Origin: Vicugna vicugna
Taxonomy: Eukaryota
Direction: 5' to 3'
Assembly (NCBI GenBank): GCA_013265495.1
Contig: MU057560.1
Coordinates: 1,920,909-1,982,908 of the forward strand
Length of the DNA: 62,000 nucleotides
Position numbers and translations under genes: made by a program
Shown: positions 1 through 29,960 of the stretch, in pieces
Layout: the number at the start of each line of letters is the position of its first letter
Position numbering within the stretch: position 1 is the first letter of the stretch
Notes under the pieces: generated by a model
Told to the model about the DNA's origin: nothing
Database searches by the model: none
What the model saw: only the letters and a program-made list of their open reading frames with translations

Positions 1-299
1 GGATGACTGTGTCTGTTTCTGTCACACATGCACACATGTGAGTGTGTGTGTATAGCAAGCCAGGCATATTTGACATCATAACAGGATACTGGCACATTCC
101 CTCATCCCCATGACTGTCATCACGTGGTGATGGAGAGACCTAAGGGCCACCAACAGTATAGCCATGGCATATTCCATATTGCAATTCAGGGTCCCTGGTT
201 ACAGGGATTTACCTGGTGTTGACCGAACCAGCCCTCACAAAAATAAACAAGTGGTTTTAAACTATCTGTAGGGAACCATGGTTTAAAGATACTGCTAGA

Positions 300-1380
300 A
301 AACAAAACAAAATGACAACCTATGGAATGGGAGAAAATTTTTGCAAAAGATGGAACTGATAAAGGCTTGATCTCCAGAATATATAAGCAGTTCATACAAC
401 TTAAGAAAAAAGCAAACAGCCCAATCCAAAAATGGGCAGAAGACCTAAACAAGCAATTCTTCAAGGAAGAAATACAAATGATCAATAGGCACATGAGAAA
501 GTGCTCAGTATCACTAATTATCAGAGAAATGCAGATCAAAACTACAATGAGGTATCACCTCACACCAGTCAGTATGTCCGTCATTCAAAAGTCCACAAAT
601 GACAAATGTTGGAGAGGCTGTGGAGAAAAGGGAACCCTCTTACACTGCTGGTGGGAATGCAGTTTGGTGCAGCCACTGTGGAAAACAGTATGGAGATTCC
701 CCAAAAGACTAGGAATAGACTTACCGTGTGACCCAGGAATCCCTCTCCTGGGCATATATCCAGAAGGAACCCTACTTTAAAATGACACCTGCACCCCAAT
801 GTTCATAGCAGCACTATTTACAATAGCCAAGACANNNNNNNNNNNNNNNNNNNNNNNNNNNNNNNNNNNNNNNNNNNNNNNNNNNNNNNNNNNNNNNNNN
901 NNNNNNNNNNNNNNNNNNNNNNNNNNNNCCAACAACATATGCCATTTGCAGCAACATGGATGTCCCTGGAGAATGTCATTCTAAGTGAAGTAAGTCAGAA
1001 AGAAGAAGAAAAATACCACATGAGATAACTCATAAGTGGAATCAAAAAAAAAGAAAGAAAGAAAAAGACAAATGAACATAAATACAAAACAGAAAAAGAC
1101 TCATAGACATAGAATACAAACTTGTGGTTGCCAAGGGGGCAGGGGTGGGAAGGGACAGACTGGGACTTCAAAATTTGTAGATACTGACAGGCATAAGTGG
1201 AATAGATAAACGAGATTATACTGTACAGCACAGGGAAATGTATACAAGGTCCTGTGGTAGCTCACAGCAAAAAAAAGTGTGACAATGAATATACGTTCAG
1301 GTCATGTAGAACTGAAAAGCTGTGCTCTGTGCTGGAAATTGACACAACATTGTGAACTGACTATAACTCAATTTGAAGAA
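300..1380 (+). mobile_element. 5'-truncated, relatively young LINE-1 (ORF2 C-terminus + 3'UTR) with a 15-bp target-site duplication
   Basis: ORF 322-780 is the L1 ORF2 C-terminus ([19 protein letters not shown]). Identical flanks aaagatactgctaga at 285-299 and 1381-1395. Premature TAA at 778-780. Confidence 0.95.
835..928. other. Assembly gap (94 N) inside the L1
   Basis: Run of N. The flanks line up with the homologous L1 stretch at about 20420-20520, so the gap probably hides ordinary L1 sequence. Confidence 0.98.
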
Positions 1381-2098
1381 AAAGATACTGCTAGAGATGC
1401 AAGCATCCAAGAACAACAAGCAAATAGCAGGGCTGACGTTTCTCCTGACCTTCAGGGTGCAAGGTCATCAGCTGTGCTGAGCCATGAAAACAGTGACCCG
1501 CTGATCAGATCCAAAACACTGTCTTCCAGGTGGAAGTCTCCATCGTCAAGACTTCTTGAAGTGATTTACATCCACTACCACTGATGACGACCTGCCCCTT
1601 AAACATACACTGCGCCTTGATGAAACAGTTCATAACTGAGGTCATAATGACTCGTAAGACACTTAAAAATCAGGCGTCCGATATACGGCTATAAACTGCC
1701 GTATTTATTCAAAGACGGCCCAGTAATCAGGAGACACGCGATCCAGTGCTTACCAAAATTTCACCTAACAACTGTGAAAGCTTAGAAACCTCCTTTGAAC
1801 TTTCTCAATATAATGGCACACGTATCTATTTCATAAGAAAGTAAATATGGAATATCGAGGGTATTTGTCCAAATATATTTTTTTTAACTAATGGAAGTGC
1901 ACAATTTTAAAAATGTGTAGATCACTGCCCTCAAAGTCCAGCCTGGAGAAGAAATGGTCACCAGTCTGCTTGGGATCCCCTTCCCCATGAGAAGATACCC
2001 CGGTCCAGTTCTTTCTAATCAGAGACTATTTCATAGGCTTTTCCCAAACGGAGCTCAGGGCCCCCGTGGTAACAGCCTCACAGCATCATAGACGCTCA

Positions 2099-19586
<17,488 letters not shown>

Positions 19587-19749
19587 GCTCCCTGCAACGA
19601 GATGGCGGGCGCGGTCAGCCTCCGGGGGCAGAGCCCTGCCGGCCGCGGTCGCCCCGCCCCGGAGCCCGTGGTGCCCCTGTTCCCACCCTTTCTCCCTACC
19701 CTTCACGGTGGATAGAGACAACGGAAAAAGTGGTGTCTCAGACTATGCT

Positions 19750-19990
19750 ACATTTCCACCAGCAACGTGCGAGGGCTCCCATCTCCCACATCCTCGCCAG
19801 CAGCTGGTGCTGTCCGTCTGGTTCAACGGCCTTCCCGTGGGTGTGTGCCGGGGTCTCACTGCGACTTAAAGCTGCACTCCCCTCGTGACTAATGACGTGG
19901 ACTACATTTTTGTGTGCTTATTAGCCACTTGTGTATCTTCTTCAATGTAATGCCTATTCAAATATTTTGCCCTATTTTTAATTAAATTTT
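19750..19990 (-). mobile_element. Old LINE-1 ORF2 3' fragment
   Basis: catttccaccagcaacgtgcgagggctcccatctcccacatcctcgccagca...ttagccacttgtgtatcttcttc is antisense L1. Confidence 0.7.
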
Positions 19991-20197
19991 CTGGTATTTT
20001 AAAAAATAATCAAAATGGTCTTATACTTTGACAACAGGAAACTACTACATAGCCTGGATAAAATTCAAACCTGTATAATTTGAGACTTTTTCAGCCAAGA
20101 TAATTAATGCTTTCCATTCATGTGGTATGGTTTGCTTAAAGCAGATGAAGGTTGGCTTTGACAATAAAACTGTATAAAGGAAAAAAAAAATTACCTC

Positions 20198-20300
20198 AGG
20201 GAGGTGGGTGTAACTGAGTTGTAGAGCAGGTGCTTACCGAGCACGAGGTCCTGGGTTCAGTCCACAGCACCTCCACTCACAAAGCAAATACAGTAAAATA
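20198..20300 (+). mobile_element. tRNA-derived SINE (Vic-1-like)
   Basis: gggtgtaactgagttgtagagcaggtgctta...gaggtcctgggttcagtccacagcacctcc followed by an A-rich tail. Confidence 0.85.
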
Positions 20301-20317
20301 AAAAATGGTATCTCCTG

Positions 20318-20945
20318 ACCCAGGAATCCTGCTCCTGGGCATCTATCCAAAAGGAACCCTACTTCAGGATGACACCTGCACCCCAATGTTCATAGCAGCA
20401 CTATTAACAACAGCCAAGACATGGAAACAGCCTAAATGTCCATCAACGGATGACTGGATAAAGAAGAGGTGACATGTTTATACAATGGAATACTACTCAG
20501 CCACAAAAAAGAATGAAGTAATGCCATTTGCAGCAACATGGATGGACCTGTAGATCCTCACTCTAAGTGAAGTAAGCCAGAAAGAGAAAGAAAAATACCA
20601 TGAGATTGCTCATATGTGGAACAAAAAACAAAAAAAAACAAAAAAAAACACACCAAAGCATAAATACAAAACAGAAATAGACTCAGAGACATAGAATACA
20701 AACTTGTAGTTGCCAAGGGGGCAGAGGGTAGGAAGGGATAGACGGGATTTCAAAATTGTAGAATAGATAAACAAGATTATACTGTATAGCACAGGGAAAT
20801 ATACACAAGATCTTATGGTAGCTCACGGAGAAAAAAATGTGACAATGAATATATATATGTTCATGTATAACTGAAAAATTGTGCTCTACACTGGAATTTG
20901 ACAGAACATTGTAAAATGATTATAAATTAATAAAAGATGTTTTTA
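20318..20945 (+). mobile_element. 5'-truncated young LINE-1 with a 17-bp target-site duplication
   Basis: Same family as 300-1380; TSD aaaaa(t/c)ggtatctcctg at 20301-20317 and 20946-20962. Confidence 0.93.
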
Positions 20946-21769
20946 AAAAACGGTATCTCCTGCAGAATTATTCTTACTCAAAAGAAGAAACACAAATGGT
21001 CATTGGACAATGGAAGAAGTCCCCTCTCCCTTGAAATCACAAGAATGTGATTAATGATAAAACGACTTTCTCCCTGTGAAATGGACACTGTTTTTAAACC
21101 GCAGGCACCACATGGTTGCTCTAGGGAACGTGCGTGGGAACAATCTCTGGGGAAAGAAGTGGGAACAGCTGTGAACCGGGCGGGGGGCCCGGCAGCTCTC
21201 CCGCAGTCCCCCGCCCCCGGACCTCCCCAGGCGGGAGGGTCCCTGCCCTCCACGCCTCTACCCTCGGCCCCCATGGGCTCAACCAGTCTCCCGGCTTCTA
21301 ACATCGTCCACACGCCACTTCTCCCAAATGCACGTCACCTCCTGGACTTCCACCTGCCAGCTCCAAATACCTCCCTCTGGGTGTGCGGCCTTCTTGGCGC
21401 CGGCCGGTCCTGCCCTTGGCTCCCTACCCCCTACCATCCCCACACCCACCTCGCCCGCCTGCGTCCCCCCATCCCCGCCAGGGGCGCTTCTGTCCTCCCA
21501 GCCCCTCCAGCAGAAACCGTGGCGTCGTCTTCCATTCGTCCTCCTTCCCCTACACCTCACATCCAATCTGCAGGAAAATCATGTCCACCTTCAAATTAGA
21601 TCAGGAGCCTTGAAATGATATCTGGAATTTTCATTGAAAAAATCTGGAGAATTTTCTTCGAAGTTGTCTAAGAGGGAGGTGGATAAGGGCCCACGTGAAA
21701 CAAGGTGGAGAGAGAACGTGGCATGGGGGTGCCTTCACCATCTCTCCAGGATCATTGGGACATCCCGAC

Positions 21770-22680
21770 CCGCCTCCCTAAGCCCACCCTTCCCTCCCCA
21801 CGGACTGTTCGCAGCGCAGCGCCCAGAGCGATCTTTCGAAAACTCAAGTCAGATAATTAAAACCCCTGCGATGTTCCCGTTGGCTCAGAGTAGGAGCTGG
21901 TCTCCTTACAATGGCCGCAAGACCTCCCTCCTCGGGGCCCCATGCTCTCTGACCCAGCCTCGCTTACTGCCCTGACCCCCGCTCCAGCTGCGCTATCCTG
22001 CCGGCCCCTTGTTCACGGTACAGGCGTGTCCTGCCTCCGGGACTTGGCAATGGCTGTTCCCTCTGCCGGGACGCTCTTCCCGGGCACCCGTGCGGCTCAC
22101 CCCTCACCCCTCACCTCTGGCCAAAACTCTGCTTGAAGTCACCTTCTCAGTAAAGCCCACCCTCCGCTTGTGGCGGTGTCTCCACTCCCCCCAGCGCTGC
22201 CAACACTCCGAGCCTGTTGGGTTTCCGTGGCAGACGGGCGCCTGTGTGATCTGCCTGCTTGTTTGTTTAGCTGGATGGTTGGTTTAGTTAGTTGAAGTAT
22301 AGCTGCTGTACAATATAAACTTACAGCTGTACCATATAGTCCATTTACAGTTGTTGTAAAATATCGCCTACTGTCCCCGTGTTGTGCAGTGCACCCTTGC
22401 AGCTTGTTTGATACCTAATAGTTTGCCTCCTAATCCCCTCCCTGTCCGGCTCCGCCCCTTGCCCTGCCCCCACTGGTGCCACCAGTTTGTTCTCTAGATC
22501 TGTGAGTCTGCTTCTTTTTTGTTATATTCATGAGTCTTTTATGCTCTGTCTTTCCCAGTTAGAGGTGCTCCGTGAGGACAGCGACTTTGTTTAGTCTGCC
22601 GGTGCGTCTCCAGGGCTTGGCTGTTGCCTGGCATGTACAGGACGCTCAGTAAATATTTGCTGAATAAATGAATGAGTGCA
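21770..22680 (+). mobile_element. L2 3' relic interrupted by an antisense L1 3' end (about 22285-22535)
   Basis: L2-like segments ending cctggcatgtacaggacgctcagtaaatatttgctgaataaatgaatga; internal gttgaagtatagctg...tttgttctctagatctgtgagtctgcttct is an antisense L1 3'UTR. Confidence 0.7.
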
Positions 22681-22769
22681 TAATGCTTTCTAACTTGTTT
22701 CGTGTTACAAAACCCTGTTCCCGAAACGGACTAAAACCTTCCTGAGGATGAAGAAGAGCAGAAGAAATC

Positions 22770-22935
22770 CACTGACATTTATTGAGTTTACGATCCTGTC
22801 GTGCACAGTTCATGTATTTTATCTCATTTGCGTCCTCAGAACCACACTGCGAGTTTGGTATTATCCACATCTTACAAATGAAGAAAATGCCTCCCTGAGC
22901 GGCCAAGCAAATTGTCCCAACCACGCAGCTGGGAA
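22770..22935 (-). mobile_element. MIR relic
   Basis: acatttattgag...atctcatttgcgtcctcaga...catcttacaaatgaagaaaatg...ttgtcccaaccacgcagct. Confidence 0.65.
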
Positions 22936-25307
22936 GCAACCCATGTTCCCAAATATGTACGACTGATATTTGAAAGTCTTAGCAGAGCAACAGCACACGT
23001 GTCACACGAGGGACGGTTACACAAGCAAACGTTCCATCGTGACCTGTTCACTGGCAGCCAAGTGTGGCGCTCGCACAACCTCCAGGCACCAGGCCGCGCG
23101 CTGGGGTACACCTGCTCCCAGGGGGCTCACGGCCGAGGGTGGGGACACAGCGTCAGAGACGCCGGTGACGGAGGCGCCCTCACGCAGGAAAGGGGCACTG
23201 AGGACACACACCCCGCGAGCCCCTCGAGGCGGGCGCTGAGCTGGGAGCAGAGGAAGGGAGGCAGCACGTGGCGGGGCGGGTCCCGGGGCCGCGGCAGCTG
23301 GGTGACCACAGCCTGGAAGCCACCGGCCACGTGCAGCTATTTCATACATTTTAAATTCATTACAGTTAAATAAAAGGTGCAGAAGCTTTCCATCCCCGCA
23401 GGACGTTTACTGGCTGGAGGAGCTCTGAGGAGAGCCTGGCCTAGAGCCCCCATCCCCCCAACAAAGCCACCCCGACTTCTAAGGCCAAGCTGCAGCCACC
23501 ACTCACCCGCCGGGCAGACAGCCTCGCATCAGCTGGCCAAGCCGCTTCCTTCCTGAGGCCTTCGGGGCGGCTGTCAGGGCCCAGACACCCGCTTTGCTCA
23601 GCTCTGTCGGCCTCCCCGCGGCAATGGGGCTCCAAGGCGCGAGGCAGAGGCTAGGCCCGGAGGCCGCAGCCTCAGCAGGGCCAAGCCAGAGTCACCTGGG
23701 CTCCCCTGGACCCCAACGGCTTAGTGCCGGCCCTGTATCCCACCTACCCCGCGGGGCCAGGCCAGTCGTGCACCCGCTCTCGACGCTGTTTCTCGGCCAG
23801 CTGCAGCGAGCTCAGGAGGGCCCAGGACCGAGCATCCGAACCTTTGCCTGAGTCGGGGGGGCCGCCTTGCCCACTCACTCAGCACCCCACCTGACGGGAG
23901 CAGCCAGGCGCCACGGTGACGCGGGCACGGCCCGCACACGCAGCCCTCTCCCGCCGCTGGCCGCAGGGCAGCGGGAGGTGGAAGGCGCTCTTCTTCATCT
24001 TTGCTGCCTTTTATCTTTTCCTGTGATGTGCCTCGGGCGACACCGTACGGTCCGTATGATGTGCGTGGGCCAGAGGCTGCAGATTCAGGGGAGAACGAGA
24101 TCAAGGGGAAGGGGCGCTTACCCGTGTCCTGGGTGTCCGTCGGTCTCAGCGCTTCACGTTCTTCACTCCCATACCCCAAAAGTTGGCACTGCATTTAGAC
24201 AATACAACACTCCGGCACATTTTTTAAAAAGCACATTTCCTTTCTGGAAATGAGTGTTTCCATCTGGAAAACAAATAGCTAAACGTGCTTCTTGGGCCCA
24301 CGTTAGTCGGAGTTGCAGCGCCCTGGTGTGGCCAGCGGCACCAGGGGTCAACACACGGGTTCCGGAGCCTGTTTCTCAAAGCCGGTGAACACGCTTTGCT
24401 CGAGCTCGTTAAAACACGTACATATATATATATATATAGTTATCAAAGAGCGCCTCAGAACCAGGTGGAAGTTTCCAAGACTAATGTTTGTTCCCAAGTG
24501 AACTCTGACATTCGGAAACATCTGTTTCAATCGGCAGGACGACTTTGGTTTGGTGCAGAAACTCTCCGCAGCATCTTCCCGGGCCTTCCCGCGGGCCGAC
24601 GTCTGCTCCCCACCCCGAGCCTGCAAGCTTGTCTAGAAAGGCGGCGCCGCAAAGAGACCTTGCCGCGACTCCAGGGCCCAGCTACTCAGAGGCCTTATCA
24701 TCCTCCTGGCAAAGCTTCACTTGGCGCTACTCAGGTGTGTTCCCAATGTGTTACAGGGAGATGAAAGGAAAACAAACAGGCTTTTGTGAAATACTGCCGA
24801 GGAGCCGCGGTAGGGAGCTCTCGGAGTGTTACGCTCTGAAAGCGATTTAATAAAAATTCGAGGGCAGGAGCGGGAGGTGAAGTCCAGCCACTGTTCCCTC
24901 TGGCCACTCACACCTGCTTCTGCTACCTTGTGTTCAGACAGAGCGTTTCAGTGGCAGAGACGCTCAGCCCTGGTCCTGAACACGCAGGTCAAATGCTGGC
25001 AGGGGGCCTACGTGCTCCCCGGTTGCGTTAAGCTGTGACAATTTGCCATTTAAACCATTTAAGTTTAAGTCTAAGGAGACCTTGAAAGCAGAGAACTTTC
25101 CCATGCTGAAGCTCAGGACACACACAGCAGAAGGGAAGCCAGAAAGAATCAATGCATGATGTGGAATCGCGCTTCCAAAGACAGGACGCCCCCTCTACCC
25201 GCTGTCGCTGGCCCGGAGACCCAGGCCACGTGCGACAACCAGAGAGAGGCCTCTGGGAGCGAAGGGTGGCCCGGCTGACAGCCCGCAGGGAGCAGGGAAG
25301 GCGCCGC

Positions 25308-25440
25308 CTCTCTCTCCTCCCTCTCTCGGTCTGTCTCTCCGTCTCCCTGTCTCGGTCCCAGTCTCTGTGTCTCTCTGTGTGTTTTAGTCTCTTTCTCTGT
25401 CTCTCTGTCCCTGTCTCTGTCTCTCTGTCTCTCTCCACTT
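25308..25440. repeat. CT-rich low-complexity repeat (ctctgt-like)
   Basis: Repeated ctctct/gtctct units. Confidence 0.85.
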
Positions 25441-28169
25441 CACTGTGGGGGTGATAACGCTTCTCAGTTGCTGAGAAGAAGGTCGAATGAAAGCCTACAG
25501 GTGTGTGTCCGTCTTCTGTTGCCGTGGTCACACATCCTCAGTACCTTAAACACACATCTATGGTCGCTCAGACATGGGCCCAGGGACCGCTCTGCTCCGG
25601 GTCTGGCAAGGCCGACGCAGACGTAGCAGTGCCAGGCCTGCCCCAGTCCTTTCTCACATCTTGCCAGCGTCCACGGCGGATGTGACCCTGTGAGTCGTGT
25701 CTGCTCAGCTTCTCTCACCGCACAAATCCCACCGACAGCCTGTTAGTGCGGGGCCCGCAGGAGGCTCTTCTCCACCACCCAGAGGTCACACTCGAGGAAG
25801 CCAGGTCTCCACCCTCCTGGGGGAGCTCACAGCTTGACTTGGGGGCCACGGGCTCACCAGACCCCCTGCTCGTGGTCTGTATTGTTGCTAACAACGGAGC
25901 TGCTGAGGTCTGCCAGACCTGACCCTCCCTCCCTCCCTCCCACCGCTCAGACCACCTGCAGCGTCTGCTGCTAAATCTGTCTAATCTGGACTCCCTTACT
26001 TTAAGTAAGCTTTTGAATAATTCTACGGGAAGGACTAAGATCTCCTCTAAAAGGGGCTGTGACTGAGGCCAGGCTTGGTGTTTAATGCATGTGCTAAAGC
26101 TTTTAATTCAAATTGCATGTTACTCATCAGAAATGAGCAGCATTGTAAAGGCTGCGATGCAATTGAGGCCATTAGCCTCTCCTGATGGAAAAGGCATAAC
26201 CTTGAAGTTCCATACAGTCAAGAGCTGTTTTCCTTTGGGATTTGCCTTAAAACAGGAAGACACAGCGGGGGCCCTCTAGGAACCACGGGAGAGGGGGCCC
26301 CCTCTGAGGAGCGAGCAAGGCTGTGCTGACGGGAACTATGCCCCTTCAAGCAGATCTCCAGCGACTTCTGTCATCACTGTCGACAAATCCTAAAAACAAA
26401 AAACCTTAGGCCAGAAGTGTGACACTCATGGTGCAACAAAAGAAGTTTATCCAGGGGTGCGACAAGGCAGCAGTGTAGGAGAACCCAAAGTCCACGCTGA
26501 GATCCCTGGGGAACGCACGCCCTGGGATTCGTTCAGGTGTCGCTCTGATGTGTGGCTCTTCCTTGGAACAAAGTTATATTTCACCTGTGGGCTTAGTTCT
26601 TTAGGGTTTTTGTAAAGACCAAAGTCGCATGACTTAAACCCAAGCAGGGCAGGACCGGAGCCCAGAGCCTCGGAGCGCACACTGGGGCTGTTCCTGGCTC
26701 TGGTAACACTGTTCCCGGTGTTTGGCCACACCCGATACCATATGTCTGCCGGGACCTGCCCCACCTTTACCTCTCAAAGTGGGCAAATGCTCACTGTGCT
26801 GTCAAATTGGTCTCTGTCGCCCTGTTCTTTTGACAATAACAACTTAAAAATGGCAAGTTATTTATAAACGGCACTCAACCTCACCCAGGAGTCTTGTGTT
26901 CAGCATTTAGGATTAGATTTCTTGCTTCCCACAAGCCAGCCAAGGTCCCATGGTGCTCAGGTGCCAGGCAGGAGAGAATGTATAGGGGCCGGAGCTGGCG
27001 AGTCAGAGTCCTCCAGAGGCTGGCCGTGCCTGTGTGATGTCACAGGGCTGTGGGAACGTGGAGTTCCGAGGTGAGCGGCCCCTCCCTGGAGAAGCCAAGG
27101 GAGTCATTACAAAGCCTTCATCCCTGCCACCGGCCGGGCCCGCCATCCCTAACTGCACAGCCTGGCCAGAAACCCCCTCACCCCTGTCCCCAGGTTACCC
27201 TGAGTTTTGTCTCTAGAGGCTCCTATTAAAGCATAATTTGGCACACCCAGCGGCGTTCCCAGCAGAGAAGATGGCTTTGCGGGAGTCATCGCGGGAAGGA
27301 CCCCAGCCCAGGAACGCACAGCTGCACAGAACTTCTTGGGGTCTCAAGGAGCTCCTGGACCTTGAGCAAGCACAGCTGTGCCTCGTGGTGCAGCAAAGAC
27401 CAGCATCCCACCCTCAGGGCCCAAGGTCTGAGGAAGGGCTCTCGGTGTGTCGGGGCAGCCGCGCACATGAGATTGTGCCTGACCTGCAAGGGTCACAGGC
27501 GGTTACACTGGGCAACACTGCCCTGCAGGCGGAGTCACCCCGCTCACAGGTGGAGACACTGAGGCTCAAGGTCGCCCAGGTTGTCCCAGGTGGCCTGAGT
27601 CCCGAGCAGCCGGCCTGGAGCTGGAGCTGAGAGCACGAAGCAGGCACAGAGCGCAGGCGACCCGGAGGCCTGGAGAGGCTCCCTGACGCGGGAGCACTTC
27701 CTGGCTTCTCTCCACCCGGGCCTGCCCTGCTGCCCGCTACACCGCCTTCTGTCCCTGATGGAACCGAACCGTCGGGAAGGGCTGCCCCATCCCGCCCAGG
27801 AACCTGCCCGGCCCCTTCCCCCGCACGGCTCCAACCAGACCCTGGGGTCCCAGGTGACCCATGTCTCCCCTTCCAGGTGAAAGTCTGAATGAAGGACGAA
27901 GCCACACGCGGTGCTGCTTTGTGTAGCAGCTTGTGCTTTAATAAGTCAGCCAATGGCACTGCGTCCTGGCACTTCCTGTCACCACGACCTCTCCCCGAGG
28001 TGGCAGCTCCAGCGCTCCATCTGCTGCCTCCAGTGCGTCCAGAGAGCAGGGGCTCCCTGTCACCCTCAGCCTCGTGGAGCCCAGGCCCACGTGCAGCGCA
28101 GCCGCAGGGGGCTGCTCGGAGCTCCACCCCAGGGGGGCTGCTCGACCCTCACACTCAGGCCCCAAGTCT

Positions 28170-28430
28170 GCGCCGAAGGCCTGATGTGCATCAAATCGCT
28201 GCAGGCTTGTTAAACGCGGATTCTGACTGGAGCTGAGGCTAGATTTCTCCCAGTGCCAAGGGAGGCTGGTGCGCTGGCCTGCGGACCACACTTTGAGAAT
28301 AACGTTCTACCAACTGCACTGTCCAATACAGCAGTCATCTTTATTTTAAATTAAATTTAACTTTAAATGAAGTTAAGTTAAACAAAATTTAAAATGCAGA
28401 CCCTCTGTCTCACTAGCTAAATTTGAAGAT
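28170..28430. mobile_element. hAT-Charlie relics: MER5A-like followed by MER3/MER33-like
   Basis: cttgttaaacgcggattctg...gcggaccacactttgagaa, then ctgtccaatacagcag...ttaaattaaatttaa...gtctcactagc. Confidence 0.55.
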
Positions 28431-28879
28431 TCTCCAACAGAATCAGAGCCCTTCCGTCACGGCGGGACGCTCTGCTGGACAGCCTGGTGGGGTGAGGACA
28501 CAGGAGCAGGCAGTGGGGGGAGGGCTGCCCAGGGCCGCAGCCCCGAGCCCGAGACGAGGCCACTCCTGGTGCTCTGGACGGGGCGTCCATGCTCCCATCT
28601 GAGCCCTGACCAGATACAGAGGGTTTCCGGTGGGAAGGGCGGGGCCAGACAGAGGCATCTGCAGGGTAAGTTTGGTGCCACCATCCACATCCCCAGCTTT
28701 CCCAGGTGACGAGAGAGGAGATGTCACCAGCATTAGTGAGAGGTGCTGGCTTCCCTGGGTGGGCGCCTCCTCCCCCACAGAGACCAGGAGAACCACCCAG
28801 TTGCCGATCCCTAGAACCACAGTAATGGGGTTATTGTATAAAGTCCCTAAGTTTGGGGGTGGTTTGTTAAGCTACCTGA

Positions 28880-29345
28880 TACACTCCATTTGGGATAACC
28901 CCATCTTGTAAAGCAGACTTTCCCTCCCACCATCGGTGATGCAAACCGTGTGCTTCCCCAGCTTCCTTTACACATAGGGCACAGACACGTTCAAAGCCAC
29001 CATGGGCAGAATGTTCTCTGAGGGGTGCCTCTGTATTCGTGCAGTGCGCAACCTGTGCAGACACACAGGGTGGCCCTGGAAACCTAGGTGCCCAGACAGA
29101 CTCGCCCCTGATGCTGAATGTGGAGGTCGTGCACGGCAGGGAGGGTCACCCCTGCCTGCAGCCGGCAGAGGGACCCCGCGGGCCCGCGTTCAGCATGATG
29201 TATGGGCCTTGTTCCTTCCGTGTAGCGCCCCAGACATTCTCTAGTCTTTCCAAAATTCCTGTGAACTCCCCAAAAGCTTTCAACAAATTCCCTGTCTGCT
29301 TAAATTAGCCAGACAGATGTTCTTGATTACAGCTAAGAATCACCC
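28880..29345 (+). mobile_element. Probable old ERVL-type solo LTR (LTR33/LTR16-like)
   Basis: cttccccagcttcctt near the 5' end and aaattccctgtctgcttaaattagccaga...ttacagctaagaa at the 3' end; family is tentative. Confidence 0.4.
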
Positions 29346-29938
29346 TCTGTCCTCGGTCCTGATCTGCTGAATTAAACCAGGTTATGCCTGGTGACACCCC
29401 CGAGCCCTCAGCTGCCTCCCACCCCCAAGGAGGCAGGTGGGCGCACTGTCCAAACAGTCAGCAGAGGTGGCCGTCCCACATGGGCTGATGTGAGGGCCAT
29501 CTTTCAGGTCTAGGTGAGGCGGGAATGTCCAGACAGAGGCTGCCCTGGGGAGAGTCGAATGACGCCTGTCACTAGCCTGGCTACCTCCTGCGGTTCTCGC
29601 CGCAGCCCCACTGACACCCCGCAGGGTGCCCAGGGCGGCAGGGCCGCTGGGACCGAGGTCAAGCGGCAGCCCTTTGCTGGAGCGTCTCTCCCGGCCGTCA
29701 GGGCGCACGGTGCTCCTTCTGGCTAGTCGGTGTTTGTCGGGCCTCCACGGTTGCGGCCCCCTGGGGACACACGCAGACCTGGATGAGAAACCACGCGGAG
29801 CAGGGCTGGGCGTTTCCCGAAGCCCCGGGTCTGGGCGGGCCGTCCTCCCTCCCTGCTGCCCTGTGTCTTTGTGCGTCTCGCTCCCTCCTCGGGGTCTAAC
29901 TGATCCCCACTCCTCGGTCCCTCTCTCTCTGTCTCTGT

Positions 29939-29960
29939 TACACACACACACACACACACA
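29939..29960. repeat. (CA)n microsatellite
   Basis: About 10 CA units. Confidence 0.9.
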
